The notes: generated by a model from the letters alone, not told the origin. 49,772 nucleotides of DNA from Saprolegnia diclina VS20 (GCF_000281045.1 NW_008246118.1:315850-365621), one strand, 5' to 3'. Counted from the first letter of the stretch, positions 12,687 to 26,800 are shown. Numbers and translations: made by a program.

Positions 12687-14324
12687 TTACATGCCCTTGG
12701 TCAAAAATTTGTCAAAAAATCTCGGGAACCGAAAGTACTCTTCGTCCTCGTCGGCGTCGGCACAGCTGTACCCCCCGGTGGCAGGGTCGTCCTGTATCGC
12801 GTCCCCGCGACGCGGCAGTCGCCAGTCGATGGCGTCAACGTCCACGTCATCGCTGATGCAGCCGGCGGCGGCGAGCGCGTCAAAGGTCTTGCGGTCACCG
12901 AGGCGCAAGGCTCGTGCGACGGCCGCCGCCGTGTGCACTTTGGTCGTGTCGTGCGAGAGCAGCAAGGCCAAGATGGCGGGGTAGTCGCGATGGTCGTACT
13001 CCGCCGCCCAGTAGATGCCCCGGAACGTAAAGCCTTCCGAGCGATGCGTGAGGAGGAAGCGGACGATCGAGAGGTGGCCGGCGGACGCGGCCCAATCGAT
13101 CGCGCGCGTCGTGCAGCCTTCGGTTCGATGTTCGTGGAGGTAGCGCACGACGTTTTCGCGGCCGCGATGCGCTGCGCGGTCCATCGCATGCACCGTGCAC
13201 CCCTCGCTTCGGTGATTTGTCAGGAACTCGACGACCGAGAGGTGTCCCCGTCGGGCGGCCGCGTCGATCGCGAGGGTCGTGCAGCCTTCGCTACGGTGCT
13301 CGTGGAGGAAGCGGACGACGTCGACGGACCCGTCGAAGGCTGCGTTGTCCATAGCCCGCGCCGTGCAACCTTCGGTTCGGTGTCGATGCAAAAACTCGAC
13401 GATTGCCAAGTTGCCCGCGAGCGCGGCCTCGTCCATGGTCGCTGTCGTGCACGGCGCGTGCCATACGTAGTGCAGCTGCTTGACAATGTCGAGGTCGGGT
13501 CGCGAGGCGGCATGCTGAAGTGCCTCTGGCGAGAATGCGACGTTGTACTTTACTTGGAGGAAGCGGACAATGGCTGTGTCTCCATTCATGACGACCCAAT
13601 CGAGCACATTGGGGGAGCAGCCTTCGGTGCGGTGCTGCTGGAGCCACTGAACGACGTCGAGATGACCGTTCATCGCAGCGTCGTCCATGGCTGCTGTCGT
13701 GCACGAGGACGCTCCGCCGTCGTGGAGCAGCTGGAGGACGGCAAGATGACCGTACTTGGCAGCGACGTCCATCGCAAAGCCACCGCGACCAAGCCGGTGG
13801 AGGTAGCCAAAGTCAGCAACGACGACACCCTTCTCGCGGACGAGGTAGCGGAGGAGCTCATAGTGGCCGCCAAAGACCGCTGCATAGGCGAGCGCGATCG
13901 GATACTCGAGGAAGGGCGCGAGGTCCTCGAGCCACAGGTTCCGCAAGGCGGCTGCGTCCGTGTCGCAGAGCGAAAGGTCTTTTGTCCAGTTCCCGCTGTT
14001 CGCAAGCGCAAAGGTGGCGTTGCAATAATCACTTCGCTGGACGCTCCGCCAGCACTTGCCGAAGTACGCCATGACCGTGTTGTACATGGTCTTGGTTCGG
14101 ATGCAAGCGAAGTCGACGTCACGGAGGCATGGCGAGCACGGAAGGCGCTCGAGCGGCCCGGACCAGTCCATGCGGAAGGCGTCGGTCCAGATGCGCAGCG
14201 TAACTTCTTCGCGGTTCCTGGCGTTGTACTTCAGCTCTTCGTCGAGGACACCGTTTAGGTACTCCGTCAATGGCCCCGCAAAGGCCAAGACGAGCGGCTG
14301 CACATCCGCAATCGTTGCCCACAT
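12687..14324 (-). CDS. Intronless ankyrin-repeat protein (GCTxxAMDxAAxxGHLxxVxFLHxHRxE type)
   Basis: About 8-9 tandem ~33-aa repeats such as GCTARAMDNAAFDGSVDVVRFLHEHRSE. Likely start MWATIADVQPLVLAFAGPLT at 14324; the ORF is open to 14489. Confidence 0.85.
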   Translation of the reverse strand: MWATIADVQPLVLAFAGPLTEYLNGVLDEELKYNARNREEVTLRIWTDAFRMDWSGPLERLPCSPCLRDVDFACIRTKTMYNTVMAYFGKCWRSVQRSDYCNATFALANSGNWTKDLSLCDTDAAALRNLWLEDLAPFLEYPIALAYAAVFGGHYELLRYLVREKGVVVADFGYLHRLGRGGFAMDVAAKYGHLAVLQLLHDGGASSCTTAAMDDAAMNGHLDVVQWLQQHRTEGCSPNVLDWVVMNGDTAIVRFLQVKYNVAFSPEALQHAASRPDLDIVKQLHYVWHAPCTTATMDEAALAGNLAIVEFLHRHRTEGCTARAMDNAAFDGSVDVVRFLHEHRSEGCTTLAIDAAARRGHLSVVEFLTNHRSEGCTVHAMDRAAHRGRENVVRYLHEHRTEGCTTRAIDWAASAGHLSIVRFLLTHRSEGFTFRGIYWAAEYDHRDYPAILALLLSHDTTKVHTAAAVARALRLGDRKTFDALAAAGCISDDVDVDAIDWRLPRRGDAIQDDPATGGYSCADADEDEEYFRFPRFFDKFLTKGM

Positions 14325-14435
14325 GGCAGCACAAGTGGAAATGAGCGCAAAAGGGACAGTGGTAGGTACTAGTATGAGTGATGGTGGCGAGTTACCCGGG
14401 TCGTGAAGCTGTCGTAGGGTTGTAATGGCGTCTAT

Positions 14436-14513
14436 TGAGTGTACCGGTACTGAGTGTACCGGCACTCGTCTCCTGCGATGCCACGTCAAGCTGGTCAGGC
14501 AGGTACATGTACC
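14436..14513. promoter_or_regulatory. Palindrome/tandem-repeat cluster in the divergent ankyrin/dynein promoter
   Basis: 15-bp tandem TGAGTGTACCGGTAC/TGAGTGTACCGGCAC (14436-14465) containing palindrome GTACCGGTAC, and perfect 12-bp palindrome GGTACATGTACC (14502-14513). Confidence 0.4.
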
Positions 14514-14802
14514 CCATGACCTGTACCCGGTATGTACGCCCAGCTACCTTCGTGTTTGCAAGTCGCTTCAACACTTGATCGCCATACGGACGGTGGCATC
14601 TCCTGTCTTCTTCATTCGCATGTACCATGTCGTCTACCTCCTTGGCCTCGCTCATGAAGTCGCCTCGAAAAGTGTCGCTGGTGCAATTCCCTCCCGACCA
14701 CCGGGTCGGATCTCATATCCGGATCGAATCTCTATCCGGACAATCTTTGGGAGGCGTCGCGAGCCAGATCTCGAATTTGCTGGCCGGGCCACCAGGCCCC
14801 AC

Positions 14803-17800
14803 ATGAGCAGCAATAGCTTCGACGAGACGGAGCTGCTCGTGGCGTGGATCTGCGAGCGCATCCGGCTGCCGGGCTACGCGCCCACCAAGTGGTCGCCGGC
14901 CGACTCGGCGATCGTCAAGGAGTTTGCGGAGAGTGCCAACGTGCCCGCGCTCTTCGTGTCGACGACGCCGCCTGCCGGTGGCCTCCGCGTGAGCACCGCC
15001 GCGCCGCGCGACGCCAGCTCCATCTTTTACTTTGTCAAGAACGGCCAAGTAGCCGTGAAAGCGTCGAGTGCTGCCAGCAGCCTCCAGTTCGGGTCCATCT
15101 CGGGCGAAGGCATTGCGTCATTGCTGCAGCTCATGAACACGTTCTACCTCCAGCGACTGCAGCACGAGAAGAACTGGCCCGAGAGTGTTCAGAAGGAATT
15201 CACAGCGCAGTTCTACCGCTTCATGTCGAGCTTGACCGAGACGGTCTCCCGGGGCCTCGGCAAGACGGTCTTGTACCTGCCACCGATCGCGAGTGAGAAG
15301 ATGAACCACAAGGACAAGGACCTTGTCCAGCAGCTCGAGTCGACGGTGATCCATTGGACGCGGCAGATCAAGGAGGTCGTCAACAACCAAGACAACGCCC
15401 ACGACGCAGAAGGCGCGGGGCCGCTCGAAGAAATCAAGTTTTGGGAGCACCGCACCGAAGACCTCTCGGGCATCACCGAGCAGCTCAACCGCCCTGGCGT
15501 CAAAGACATTGTCGACATCCTCACGCTGGCCAAGTCGTCGTACTTGCAGCCGTTCGAAACCCTGAGCCAGATCATCAAGCAAGGGTCGTTCGAGGCCAAC
15601 GACAACCTCCGGTTCCTCAAGAAGCTCTGTCCGATCTGCGAGCAAATGGCGAAAGCGACGCCGAGCGAGATTCCTACGCTCTTACCCAAGCTCCTCACGT
15701 CCATTCGGCTCATTTGGATGTACTCGCGCTACTACAACACCGAGGACCGCATCACGTCGCTTCTCCGCAAGGTCTCGAACGAGATCATTGCGCTCTCGGC
15801 CAAGACCATCTCGCTACGCGACATCTTTGACGGCGACGTCGTCCGCAGCATCCGCAACCTCGAGGAGACCATCGCGTGCGGCGTGGCTTGGAAAACCATC
15901 TACGCCAACGTCACCAACGCCGTCCAACGCGAAGGCGCGCTCCAGTGGCATTTCGATGATACGAGCATCTTTGCCCAAGTCGATGCGTTCGTGCAGCGCT
16001 GCCGCGAGCTCCTCGAAGTGTGCGAGGGCCAGATTCAGTTTGCGCGCAAAGGCGGGGGCTCGACGAGTCTGCCGTGTTTTGGCGGCAACCGCGGCCTCGA
16101 GATCGTGAAATCGCTCATGGGCATCGAGACGCAGTTTGAGGGGCACATTGACCGCCTCCGCAAGCTCGACTACGACATCCTTGACGTCAAAATCACCTTC
16201 TGGCACAGCGACTTTAACGCGTTCAAGAACGGCGTCAAAGACTTGGAGGCCATGACGCAAAACGTCGTCAACGCCGCGTTCGACTCGGTGTCGACAATTG
16301 CGGCCGGCTGCGATTTGCTGCAGGCCTTCCAGACCATCTCCAAGCGCGAAGCCATTCGGCGCTGCCTCGAGAAGCGTACGATCGACGTGTACGCGATGTA
16401 CAAGGCGCAGATCTCGACGGTGCGCAGTCTCTTTGAGAAGAACAAGGGCGCGCCCCCGCTCTCGGCCACCGAGCCGCAGTACGCAGGCGCAGCGCTCTGG
16501 GCGCGCGGGCTCCTCCTCAAGTGCAAGGAAGATCTCACGCGCCTCTCGCAGCTCACGAGCTTGCCCTCGGGCGCGATCGAGTTTGACGAAGCCACGTCGC
16601 ACTTCGATGGCCTCAAAGCCGTGCTGAACGACTACATTCAGAAAAAGTACCACGACTGGATCGACGAGCTCAATGAACTGGGGCAAGCGAACCTCAACGC
16701 GCGGCTCGAGAACCCGCTCATGACCAAAGTCGGTGCCGAGATGCTCGCCTCCGCCGCGGCCTTGCCGACGGCCGACGCCCTTAGCACCAATTCGAATGCT
16801 GCGGCGTCGGTCGCGCAGCCAGCCTCCGGCGACGCACCAGTCGAGAAGCTCATTGGGCGCTCCAAGAAAGGGTTTCTGCACTGCAACTTTGACCGGCCGC
16901 TGCTCCAGCTCTTTGCCGAGGTGCATTATTGGCTCTACTTCAACGGCGAGGTCCAGATCCCGTACATTGCTCACGATATCTGCAACCAGAAGGAGCAGCT
17001 GCGCGTGCTGCGGGAACACGTCGTGCTCGTCATCCGCGACTACAACCGCATTCTGCACGAGCTTTCGTCGACCGAGCGTCGGCTCTTTGACGACATCATC
17101 CGGAAGCTCGACCGGCGCATCCAGCCCGGGCTTCAAAAGCTCACGTGGCAGAGCAAGGGCATTGTCGACTGGTACGTGGCCGACTGCCGCAAGCACTGCG
17201 ACACGACGTACCGCATCGTGCGCGAGTTCCAGGACAACAAGGAGCTCATCGCGAGCAACTGCAAGATGATTGCGGGCCTCATGCACATTGCGATCGAGCG
17301 CAACTCGGTCTACGACGACGGCGTCTTCGAAGTCAAGCAAGCGAGCCACCGCAAGGAGATTGAGAAGAAGCTGCGCGACGCGTACGAGAGCATCCGCAGC
17401 ACGATGGGGGCCATGTACACGCACTTTGCCAGCGGCCCCCCGGACGTCCAGCGCGAGTGGGCGCGGTTCGTCGAGCGCGCCGACAAAAGTCTCGAAGACG
17501 CCCTCCGTCAAAGCGTCAAGAAATCGCTCCAGGAGCTCAGCAAAGCCATCAACGGCGACGCCAAGACGGACCCGCACCCGCTCTTCCGCGTGCACGTGGT
17601 CCTCGAAGACGGCCGCGTCGAGTTCCACCCGCTCATGTCCAACCTCACGCAGATGGTCAACACGGTGGCCAAGGAGATCTTCAACGTCATCTCGGTCGTG
17701 CCGCGGCTCACATCGCTGCTCACGAGCACGGCCGAGCCGGTCGCGGACGCGCCGGTCGTCGAAGACACGTTCTACCAGTCGATCTTCCAGGACGAAGAAA

Positions 17801-20800
17801 TCCTCAAGGTCCTCGTGCACATTATGAACGGCATGTCGGCGAGTGCGACCGAGCTGCAAAAGTACCTGGGGTACTGGGACAAGTACAAGCTGCTCTGGAA
17901 CCAAGACAAGCAAGCGTTCATTCGGCGGTACGCCAAGGCCAATCGCCCGCTCTCGCAGTTCCGCGTCGACATTGAGCGCTACCGCGAGCAGCAGGTGTCC
18001 ATCGCGAACGAAGACCTCACCAACACCATCAACTTTGTGCAAATCGACACGAATCTGCTCAAGGCGAGCCTCGTCGACCACACGGTCCAGTGGATCGGCA
18101 AGCTCACGGGGCTCCTCAACCAAACCGCCGCCGACGAGCTCCGTGCGCTCAACCTGATGATCAAAGAGAACACAAAGAAGCTGCTCGTCAAGCCCGGGAA
18201 TCTCGACCACCTCGGACAGAGCATTACGCTCTTGCAGGAAATCAAGGACTCGGCCCCGAGCGTCGAGGCGCAGTTCGAGCCGCTGCAGCAGAAGTACGAC
18301 CTCTTGGCCGAGTTTGACGTCCAAATCTCAGACGACGAAGCGCGGGACCTCGCGGGCTTGCGGCCGCAGTGGGATGCGTACGAGCTCATGATGGTCGAGG
18401 CCAACGCGATGCTGCAAAAGTGCAAGATGAGCATGAAGCAGTCACTCCAGGACACGGTCGCGGAGCTGAGCCACCACATGATCGAGCTCCGGACCGAGGC
18501 GGTGGCGTCATTGCCCTACTCGGACGTCGATACGACGTCGGCTTCTGCGCATGCGACGCTGCTGGCGTTTGAGGCCAAAATGGAGGCGACGCGGGCGCGC
18601 CAGGCTGCGCTCAAGAAAGGTCTCGACATCTTTGGCATCGAAGAGTCGCCCAACGAAGACTTTGTCCGAACCGAGAAGGAGCTGGAGCTCTTGCAGACGA
18701 TCTGGGCTATTTACGACGAGTGGGACGGCGTCTGGTCGAGCTGGAAGCACAACGTCTTTACGTCGCTCGACGTCGAGCGCATGGAGATGACGGCCGCGCA
18801 GTTCTTCAAGAAGATCTCGAAAGCCGGGAAGGACATGAAGGAGTGGGCGGTCTGGGCGTCCATGAAAGAGAAGATCGACCAGTTCCGCGCGACGCTGCCT
18901 TTGATCCAGGACCTCAAGAACGAAGCCCTTCGGCCGCGCCACTGGGCGATGCTCAAGGAGGAGATGGAGAAGTTCTTCGATGCGACCGCCGAAGACTTTA
19001 CGCTCGAGAAGGTCTTCTCGCTCGGGTTTCACTTGCACGCCGAGTACATCTCGACCATGTCCTCGAACGCGTCCAAAGAGCTCTCGATCGAGCAGGCGCT
19101 GGACGGGATCGCCGAGCGCTGGAACGGCATCGACCTCGACCTCGTCGAGTACAAGTCGGTGTACTTCAAGGTGCGGTCGGCCGAAGACCTCTTCACGGCG
19201 CTCGAGGACGACCAGGTGCAGCTCTCGACGATGAAGGCGTCACCGTTCTTCGACGCGTTCAAAGCCAAGATTTTGTACTGGGAGTCGGCGCTCTCGCACG
19301 TCTCAGAGGTCGTCGAGACGCTTCTCGGCGTCCAGCGCTGCTGGATCTACCTCGAGTCGATCTTCATGGCGAGCGAGGACATTCGGAAGCAGCTGCCACT
19401 CGAGTCTGCTCTCTTTGACGACGTCAACCAGGGGTACATCCGCGTGACGTCGTCGATGGCGTCGGCCAAGAACGCACTCAAGGGCACGCATCTCCCCAAC
19501 ACCCTCGAGACGCTCGTCGACATGCAGGCCAAATTGGACCAGATCCAGAAGTGCCTCGACCAGTACCTCGAGACGAAGCGGATGCTCTTCCCGCGCTTTT
19601 ACTTTCTCTCGAACGACGACTTGCTCGAGATCCTCGGCCACCAAAAAGACCCGGACCAAGTCCAAAAGCACATCAAAAAGTGCTTCGAAGCCATCAAGTC
19701 GCTCTTCCTCTTGTACCCGGGCACGCGTGGCAACCTCACGTTCGAAGCCGCGGGCATGAACGCGCCGGACGGAGAGCAAGTGCTGTACCTCACCAACGTG
19801 GTCGTGGCCGGCGCCGTCGAAATGTGGCTCTTGCGCGTCGAAGCGGCCATGGTCGCGTCGCTTCAAAAGCTGTTTGCGGCTTGCCTCATCGGGTACCGCG
19901 GCAAGAAGGACAAGTGGATCAAGGAGTTTCCCGGCCAGCTCCTCATCACGTGCGGCCAGACTGCGTGGACCAACGAGTGCATCAAAGCGCTCAACGACGT
20001 CTCCAAAGGCGACAAGAAGGCGCTGAAAACGCTCAAGAAGAAGTGGGTTTCGTACCTCAACAAGCTCGCCGACATGGTGCGCGGCCAGCTCTCGTCGACC
20101 GACCGCAAGAAGCTCGTCGCGCTCATCACGATCGAGATTCACTCGCGCGACGTGATCGACCGCCTCGTCAAGCAAGCGTGCAAGTCGACCAACGACTTCG
20201 AGTGGCTCATGCAACTGCGTTTCTACTTCAACAAGGACCTCGGCGACCACGGGATCTGCGAAGTCAAGCAGACAGTCACTTGCCTCCAGTACAGCTACGA
20301 GTACCAGGGAAACAACGGCCGCCTCGTGATCACGCCGCTCACGGATCGGTGCGTGCTGACCATGACCACGGCGCTGCACCTCAACCGCGGTGGCAACCCG
20401 CTCGGACCGGCCGGCACGGGCAAGACCGAGACGGTCAAGGATCTCGGCAAGAACCTCGCCAAGTACGTCATCGTCTTCAACTGCTCGGACGGTCTCGACT
20501 ACAAGTCGGTCGGGCGCATGTTTGCGGGCCTCGTGCAGTCTGGCGGCTGGGGCTGCTTCGATGAGTTCAACCGCATCGAGATCGAAGTGCTCTCGGTCGT
20601 CGCGCAGCAAGTGCTCACGATCATGCAGGCGCTGACGATGAAGGTCAAGGAGTTCGTCTTCCTCGGCACGATGATCCAGTGCAACCACAACATGGGCATC
20701 TTCATCACGATGAACCCGGGGTACGCCGGCCGCACAGAGCTGCCCGACAACCTCAAGGCCCTCATGCGCCCGTGCGCCATGATGGTGCCCGACCTCGCCT

Positions 20801-23800
20801 TGATTGCCGAGGTGATGCTGCAAGCCGAGGGGTTCCGCGACGCCAAAGTCCTCGCCAAGAAGACGACGACGCTGTACGGCCTCATGATCCAGCAGCTAAG
20901 CAAACAAGACCACTACGACTTTGGGCTCCGAAGCCTAAAAGCCGTGCTCAACATGGCTGGCGCGCTCAAGCGAGAGGACCCCAACATGCAGGAAGAGCAC
21001 ATCCTCTTGCGTGCGCTGCGGGACATGAACGCGCCCAAGTTTGTCCGCGAAGACGCCGCGCTCTTCAAGCTCCTCCTCGGCGACCTCTTCCCGTCGATCG
21101 AGCTCCCCATTCCGGACTACGGCGCGCTGCAGAGCGCGATCCAGCGCGAACTTGTGAGCCAGGGACTCCAGCTGCACCCCAACATCCTCTTCAAAACGAT
21201 CCAAATGTTTGAGAGCCAAGCGACGCGCCACTGCAACATGATTGTCGGTCAGACGATGGCGGGTAAATCCACGGTTTGGAAAACGCTCCAGATGGCCAAG
21301 ACGCTACTGGCGAAAGAAGGCGTGAGCGGGTACACCCCCGTGCGCGTCCAGGTGCTCAACCCCAAGTCGATCTCGCTCAACGAGATTTACGGGGTCTACG
21401 ACCTTGCGACCTTTGAGTGGATCGACGGCATCCTCAGCGCCATCTTCCGCACGCTCGCGAGCGACGAGAAGCAAGACGAGAAGTGGATCATGCTCGACGG
21501 GCCGGTCGACACGCTCTGGATCGAGTCGATGAACTCGGTCATGGACGACAACAAGGTGCTCACGCTCATCAACGGCGACCGCATCGGCATGAGCCCGTCC
21601 ATGGCGCTCCTTTTCGAAGTCCAAGACCTCTCGGTCGCCTCGCCCGCGACCGTCTCCCGCGCCGGTATGGTCTACATGGACGTCGAGGACCTCGGGTGGC
21701 GCCCGTACGTCCAGACGTGGCTCGATACGAGCATCGCGGACGCCGACGAGCGCGAGTTGCTCAAGACGCTCTTTGAAAAGTACGTGGTCAAACTGCTCGC
21801 GTTTCGCCGGACAGACGTCACTGAGCTCATCCCGGTCGCCGAGTTCAACGGCGTCAAGAGCTTCTGCAACCTCTACAAGGTGCTGGCGACGCCCGAGAAC
21901 GGGGTCGAGAAGAGCTCCGAGGTCTTTGCGGCCATGGTCGAAAAGTGGTTTCTCTTCTGCCTCGTCTGGTCAGTCTTGGGCGCCGCCAACGACGACGGCC
22001 GCGCCCGCTTTGACGCGTGTCTGCGCGAGATCGACACGGTGTTCCCGCCCGTGAAAACCGTGTACGAGTTCTACGTCGACCCAAAGACGCGCGACCTCAA
22101 GCTCTGGGACGAGAAGCTGCCGACCAACTACCGCGTCTTGCCCAACACCCCGTTCCACAAGATCATTGTCCCGACGATCGACACGCTTCGGTATGGCTTC
22201 TTGCTGCAGACGATGGTGCTTGGCGGCCTCCACGCACTCCTCGTCGGCGACACGGGCGTCGGCAAAACCACCATCATCGAGCGCGAGCTCGAAAACCTCT
22301 CGGACACGACCTTTGCGCGCCTCGTCATGAACTTTAGCTCGGCCACGTCGTCATCGACGACCCAAGACGTCATTGAAGCCGTCATGGAGAAGCGCAGCAT
22401 GAACCGGTTCGGCCCCGTCGGCGGCAAGAAGCTCGTGACGTTCGTCGACGACCTCAACATGCCGACGAAAGATGATTTTGGCTCACAGCCACCGCTCGAA
22501 CTACTGCGGCAGTGGGTCGACTACGGCTGCTGGTACGACCGGAAGAAGCAGACGCTGCGGTACTTTGTCGACATGCAGCTCGTGGCCGCCATGGGGCCAC
22601 CGGGCGGCGGGCGGTCGGTGATTTCGTCCCGCTTCCAGAGCCGCTTCAACCTCGTCAACATGACGTTCCCCGAGAACACGCAGCTGCGCAAGATTTTCGA
22701 GACGATGCTGGTGCCCAAGCTGAGTGAGTTTGACGACGAGATCAAGCCCCTCGGCGCGCCGCTCGTCACAGCCACCATCGTGCTCTACCAGACGGTCGAG
22801 GCCAACTTCCTCCCGACGCCCGCCAACTGCCACTACCTCTTCAACCTCCGCGACATGGCCAAGGTCGTCCAAGGTCTCTTGACCGCTGAGAAACTTCTCA
22901 TCTCTGGTCGGGACGGCATGCTTCGGCTCTGGATCCACGAGGCCCTGCGCGTCTTTAGCGATCGGTTGACGTCCGCGGCCGACCGTGCGCTCTTCAAGGT
23001 ACTCTTTGCGCTATACGCCAGTTAATAACCTGATCTAGACCAAACTGGACGAGATCCTCGCGGCGACGTTCCAGACCGAGTGGAGCCGGCTCCTCAACAC
23101 GCACGCCGAGGTGCTGAAAGAGAGCGGACCGCTCTTCAGCGGGATTTTGACGCCGTCTGAAGACGACGCGCCCGTCAAGTACGACGAAGTTGACGACGTC
23201 AAGGGTCTCAAGCATTTCGTGGAAGATCAGCTCGACAACTACAACGTTGAGCCGGGTCTCGTGCCCATGGACCTCGTGCTCTTTGGTGACGCGCTCATGC
23301 ATCTGCTGCGGATCTACCGGCAGCTGACGACGCCGCGCGGCAACCTCCTGCTAGTCGGCGTCGGTGGCAGCGGGCGGCAGAGTCTGACGCGCCTCGCAGC
23401 CTTCATTGCGAGCTGCGACCTTTTCCAGATCGAAGTGACCAAGAACTACCGCCCCATGGACTTCCACGAAGACATGAAGAAGCTCTACAACAACACGGGC
23501 GTCCAGAACAAGCGGACAACGTTCCTCTTCAGCGATACGCAGATCAAGAGCGAGTCGTTCGTCGAAGACATCAACAACATTCTGAGCTCCGGCGAGGTAC
23601 CTCGTTTCAAATCTGGTACCTGGCACTGAGATCTGAGACATACTCTAGATTCCTGGTCTCTTTGAGAAGGACGAGCAGAGTACGATCATCGACAGCGTCC
23701 GGCTCCGAGCGCGCGCGCAAGGCGTGAAAGAGACGAAAGAAGGGCTCTGGGGCTTCTTCATCGGCGAAGTGCGCCGCAACTTGCACGTGGTCTTGGCGCT

Positions 23801-26800
23801 GAGTCCGATCGGAAAAGGGTTTCGCAACCGCGTGCAGCAGTTTCCGTCGCTTGTCAACAACACGACGATCGACTGGTTTGACGAGTGGCCCCTCGATGCG
23901 CTTCAAGAGGTCGGGATGAAGTTCCTCGACGAGAAGCGCATTGCGGCCGAGGCCCAGCGGCCCAAGATCGCGACGGTGTTTGCAGTCGTCCATAGCTCGG
24001 TCGTGCTCGCATCGGCGCAGATGCTCTCGTCGATGAAGCGGCACAACTACGTCACGCCGACCAACTACCTCGCGCTCGTCAAAGGCTACGTCGTACGTCT
24101 CAAGCCTGCTATGCATCCGTGGCGACACAAGATCTCGTAGGAATGTCTCCTCGAGAAGAGCTCGGCGATCATCGATTCGCGCGACAAGCTCAAGAACGGG
24201 CTCGCAAAACTCGAAGAAAGCCGGACGCAGGTCGAAGAGATGTCCAAGCAGCTCGAAGAGCGCAAGGTGGTGGTAGCGCAGAAGAATAAGGACTGCAGCG
24301 ACCTCCTCGTCATCATCGTCTCGGAGCGGCGCGTCGCCGACGAGCAGCGCAAGCAGGTCGAAGCCGAGTCCGAGCGCATCTACAAGGAAGAGGTCGAGAC
24401 CAAGAAAATCGCCGACGACGCCCAGAAGGATCTCGACGAAGCGCTGCCGGCGCTCGCCAAGGCCATGGCCGAGGTCGACCTCCTCGACAAGAAGGCGATA
24501 GCCGAAGTCAAAGTGTACTCCCAGCCCCCGGAAGCCGTCTCGCTCGTCATGTGCGGGGTCATGGTGCTCTTTGGTCTCACGCCGACGTGGGCTGTCGCCA
24601 AAGTCAAGATGAACGACGTCAACTTTCTGCAGCAAATCAAGACCTTTGACAAAGACTCGATCCGCGACAAGACGATCGCCGCGCTCAAAAAGTACACGTC
24701 CAAGGAGATGTTCAAGGCCGACATTGTCCGCAAGGTCTCGGGCGCCGCCGGAGCGCTCTGCTCGTGGGTGCTCGCGATGGAAGTCTACTCGACCGTCTTT
24801 CGTCTCGTTGCGCCCAAGCGCGAAGTTCTCAAGAAATCTCAGAACGCGCTCGAGTCCAAGCAAAAGGACCTCCAGCGCGCCAAAGGCAAACTCCAAGAGG
24901 TCACCGAGAAGGTCGAGTCGCTCAAGAAGCAGTACGACGACAGCGTGAGCGAGAAGAACGCGCTGCGGGAGGAGGCCGAAGTGCTCGAACTCAAGCTCTC
25001 GCGCGCGACGCAGCTCGTGTCCGGTCTCTCGGGCGAGCGCGAGCGCTGGCAAGTGAGCATCGCGACAAAAGAAGCGTCGCTGCTCAACGTGGTGGGCGAT
25101 GCACTCGTCGCGGCAGCGTTCCTCTCGTACGCGGGGCCGTTCGACACGGCGTTTCGCGCGTCGCTCGTGGACACGTGGTCGAACCGGGTCGTGCAGCAGG
25201 GACTCCCGCTCTCGCCGTCGTTCCAGTTCACCGACTTCCTCGCCGACCCCACCGACGTTCGCCACTGGAACGCGCACGGACTGCCCCGCGACAACTTGTC
25301 AACGGAGAACGGTGTGGTCACGACCCGCGGGAAGCGCTGGCCGCTCATGATCGACCCGCAAGGCCAAGGCAACAAGTGGATCAAGTCGCTCGAGGGCTCC
25401 AAGCTCGATGTCGTCGACCCCATGATGAAGGACTTCCTGCGCAAGCTCGAGAACGCCATACGCTTTGGCACGGCCGTGCTCATGCAAGACGTGCAGGAGG
25501 AGCTCGACCCGAGTCTCGAGCCGATCCTGACCAAGAGCATTGTCAAGGTCGGGAACCGCGACATCCTTCGCATTGGTGACAAAGAGCTCGACTACAACCA
25601 CGACTTTCGGTTCTACCTCACGACGAAGCTGCACAACCCCCACTACACCCCCGAGGTCTCGACCAAGACGACGATCGTCAACTTTGTTGTCAAGGAGCAA
25701 GGCCTCGAGGCACAGCTCCTCGGCACGGTGGTGCAGATGGAAGAGCCCGCGCTCGAAGAGCAGAAGTCCGAGCTCGTCATCAAGGTCGCGGCCGCGAAGC
25801 GCAAGCTCGTCGACTTGGAGAATGAGATTCTACGCCTCCTCTCGGCCGCAAAAGGCTCACTCCTCGACGACGAGTCGCTCGTCAACACCCTCAATGCGTC
25901 CAAGACGACGTCGGAAGAAGTGAGTTCGCAGCTCGTCGTAAGCGAAGAGACCGAGCGCAAGATCGACGCCGCGCGCATGGGCTACGTCGCGGTCGCCGTG
26001 CGCTCGTCGACGCTCTACTTTGTGCTCAACGACATGACCAAGGTGGACCCGATGTACCAGTTCTCGCTCGACTCGTACGTCGACTTGTTCAAAGAGTCGA
26101 TCGCGAAGAGCCGGTCGGCGCGCCAGACGCTGACGCTGACCGACGACCTTGGCGAGCGCATCACGGCCATCAACGAGTACCACACGTACGCCGTCTACGC
26201 GTACGCCTGCCGCGGCCTCTTTGAGCGCCATAAGCTCCTTTTTTCGTTTCAAATGTGCATCCGCGTCCTCCAGAGCCTCAAGAAGGTGCCGCTGGACGAG
26301 TACGAGTTCCTCCTCAAAGGCGGAAGCGTGCTCGGCCATGACGAGCGCGTCGCCAACCCGGTTGCCGACTTTTGCCCCGAGAGCACGTGGAACGCAGTCG
26401 TGGATCTCAACCGGCTGCCCCGTTTCCAAGGACTCGTGTCGTCCTTTGAGCAAACGGGCAAGGGCTGGAAGCAGTGGTTCCAAAGCAGCGCGCCCGAGAT
26501 CGAGCAGCTCCCGGGCGACTGGGAAGGCAAGTGCAACGAGCTCCAGCGCATGCTGCTTCTCCGCGTGCTCCGCTCGGACCGCGTGACGATCCAAGCGTCC
26601 AAATTTGTGGCCACGAACCTCGGCGCGCAGTTCGTGGACCCGCCCCCCTTTGACCTCCGCGCGATCTACGACAACTCGACGTACAAGACGCCGCTCATCT
26701 TTGTGCTCTCGCCAGGCGTCGACCCGACCAACAACCTCATGGCGCTCGCCGAGACGCTCAATAAGAAGGTCGAGAACTGCGCCCTCGGGCAGGGCCAGAG

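Noticed and set aside
14425..14802. 126-aa N-terminal extension of the dynein ORF
   Set aside because: Lacks coding codon bias and overlaps a repeat-rich divergent promoter. ATG 14803 is the more plausible start.
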